From contig CAIOMK010000033.1 of assembly GCA_903859375.1 (NCBI GenBank), forward strand, positions 1 through 51,601: a stretch of DNA of 51,601 nt, in the 5' to 3' direction. Source of the stretch: Candidatus Moraniibacteriota bacterium. Its GTDB lineage: Bacteria; Patescibacteriota; Minisyncoccia; Moranbacterales; UBA1568. A program made the translations under genes and the position numbers. The number at the start of each line of letters is the position of its first letter. Position 1 is the first letter of the stretch. Positions 51,440-51,601 of the stretch are shown piece after piece. The notes under the pieces are model-generated. The model did no database searches. It saw only the letters and a program-made list of their open reading frames with translations, and was not told the DNA's origin.

Positions 51440-51475
51440 AACAGGGTCGTACGCTATGCGACCCTGTTTTTTTTA
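51440..51475 (+). terminator. Intrinsic terminator
   Basis: aacagggtcg...cgaccctgtt 10-bp stem followed by a T8 run. Confidence 0.85.
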
Positions 51476-51483
51476 TGTGAAAA

Positions 51484-51601
51484 CCCGTTGCGGAGGATAT
51501 GGGACCCGAGGATTTTGATAAACGAAGACCCCGTTGCGGAGGATATGGGACCCGAGGATTTTGATAAACGAAGACCCCGTTGCGGAGGTTATATGGGACC
51601 C
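51484..51601 (+). repeat. 46-bp tandem repeat, at least 2.6 copies, truncated by the window end
   Basis: cccgttgcggaggatatgggacccgaggattttgataaacgaagac starts at 51484, 51530 and 51576. The third copy has a 2-nt insertion. Confidence 0.9.

Noticed and set aside
51484-51601. 46-bp repeats as a CRISPR array
   Set aside because: The units are contiguous without spacers within the visible part. The unit length is also atypical.
1-51601. Alternative genetic code (UGA as sense, as in some candidate phyla)
   Set aside because: Long motif-complete ORFs end at TGA (for example smc at 12993-12995). No conserved gene appears split at TGA, so the standard code fits.

Overview
This is a densely coded 51.6-kb chromosomal segment that reads with the standard genetic code (TGA, TAA and TAG all terminate ORFs). 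I support about 50 protein genes, one tRNA-Gln(UUG), about 20 intrinsic terminators and several near-consensus sigma-70 promoters.

**Gene content.** Most genes are housekeeping: miaA, dnaE, rnhB, rpmF, nusB, rnc, a short SMC-like ATPase, rpsP, rplJ-rplL, dnaX, an FtsB/DivIC-like protein, a parvulin PPIase, HtrA, an ABC-F ATPase, secD-secF and tyrS. Accessory-looking genes are:
- a 797-aa repeat-rich surface protein;
- a membrane protein paired with a VirD4/TraD-like coupling ATPase that carries a CxxC-x17-CxxC tail;
- a putative wHTH-TM-FGE/sulfatase-domain fusion;
- a sigma region-4 / HARE-HTH protein;
- several orphan hypotheticals.

This mix suggests a small-genome Patescibacteria/CPR-like bacterium, but that is inference only. 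I recognised no CRISPR array, cas gene, transposase, integrase, reverse transcriptase or known defence cassette.

**Most unusual signals (non-coding).**
1. A dispersed family of 7-nt tandem repeats (core AGTCGAA) sits at gene boundaries. It merges into G-tract arrays and higher-order 28/32/64-bp units, and is embedded in frame inside miaA.
2. Three copies of a perfect 26-30-bp palindrome carrying TATAAT occur in the window, two of them bracketing a TrpR/YerC-like gene.
3. 74-bp direct repeats bracket a single gene.
4. One intergenic region holds a complete promoter, SD, 27-codon ORF and terminator mini-unit.

All functional readings are hypotheses. No database search or computation was possible.
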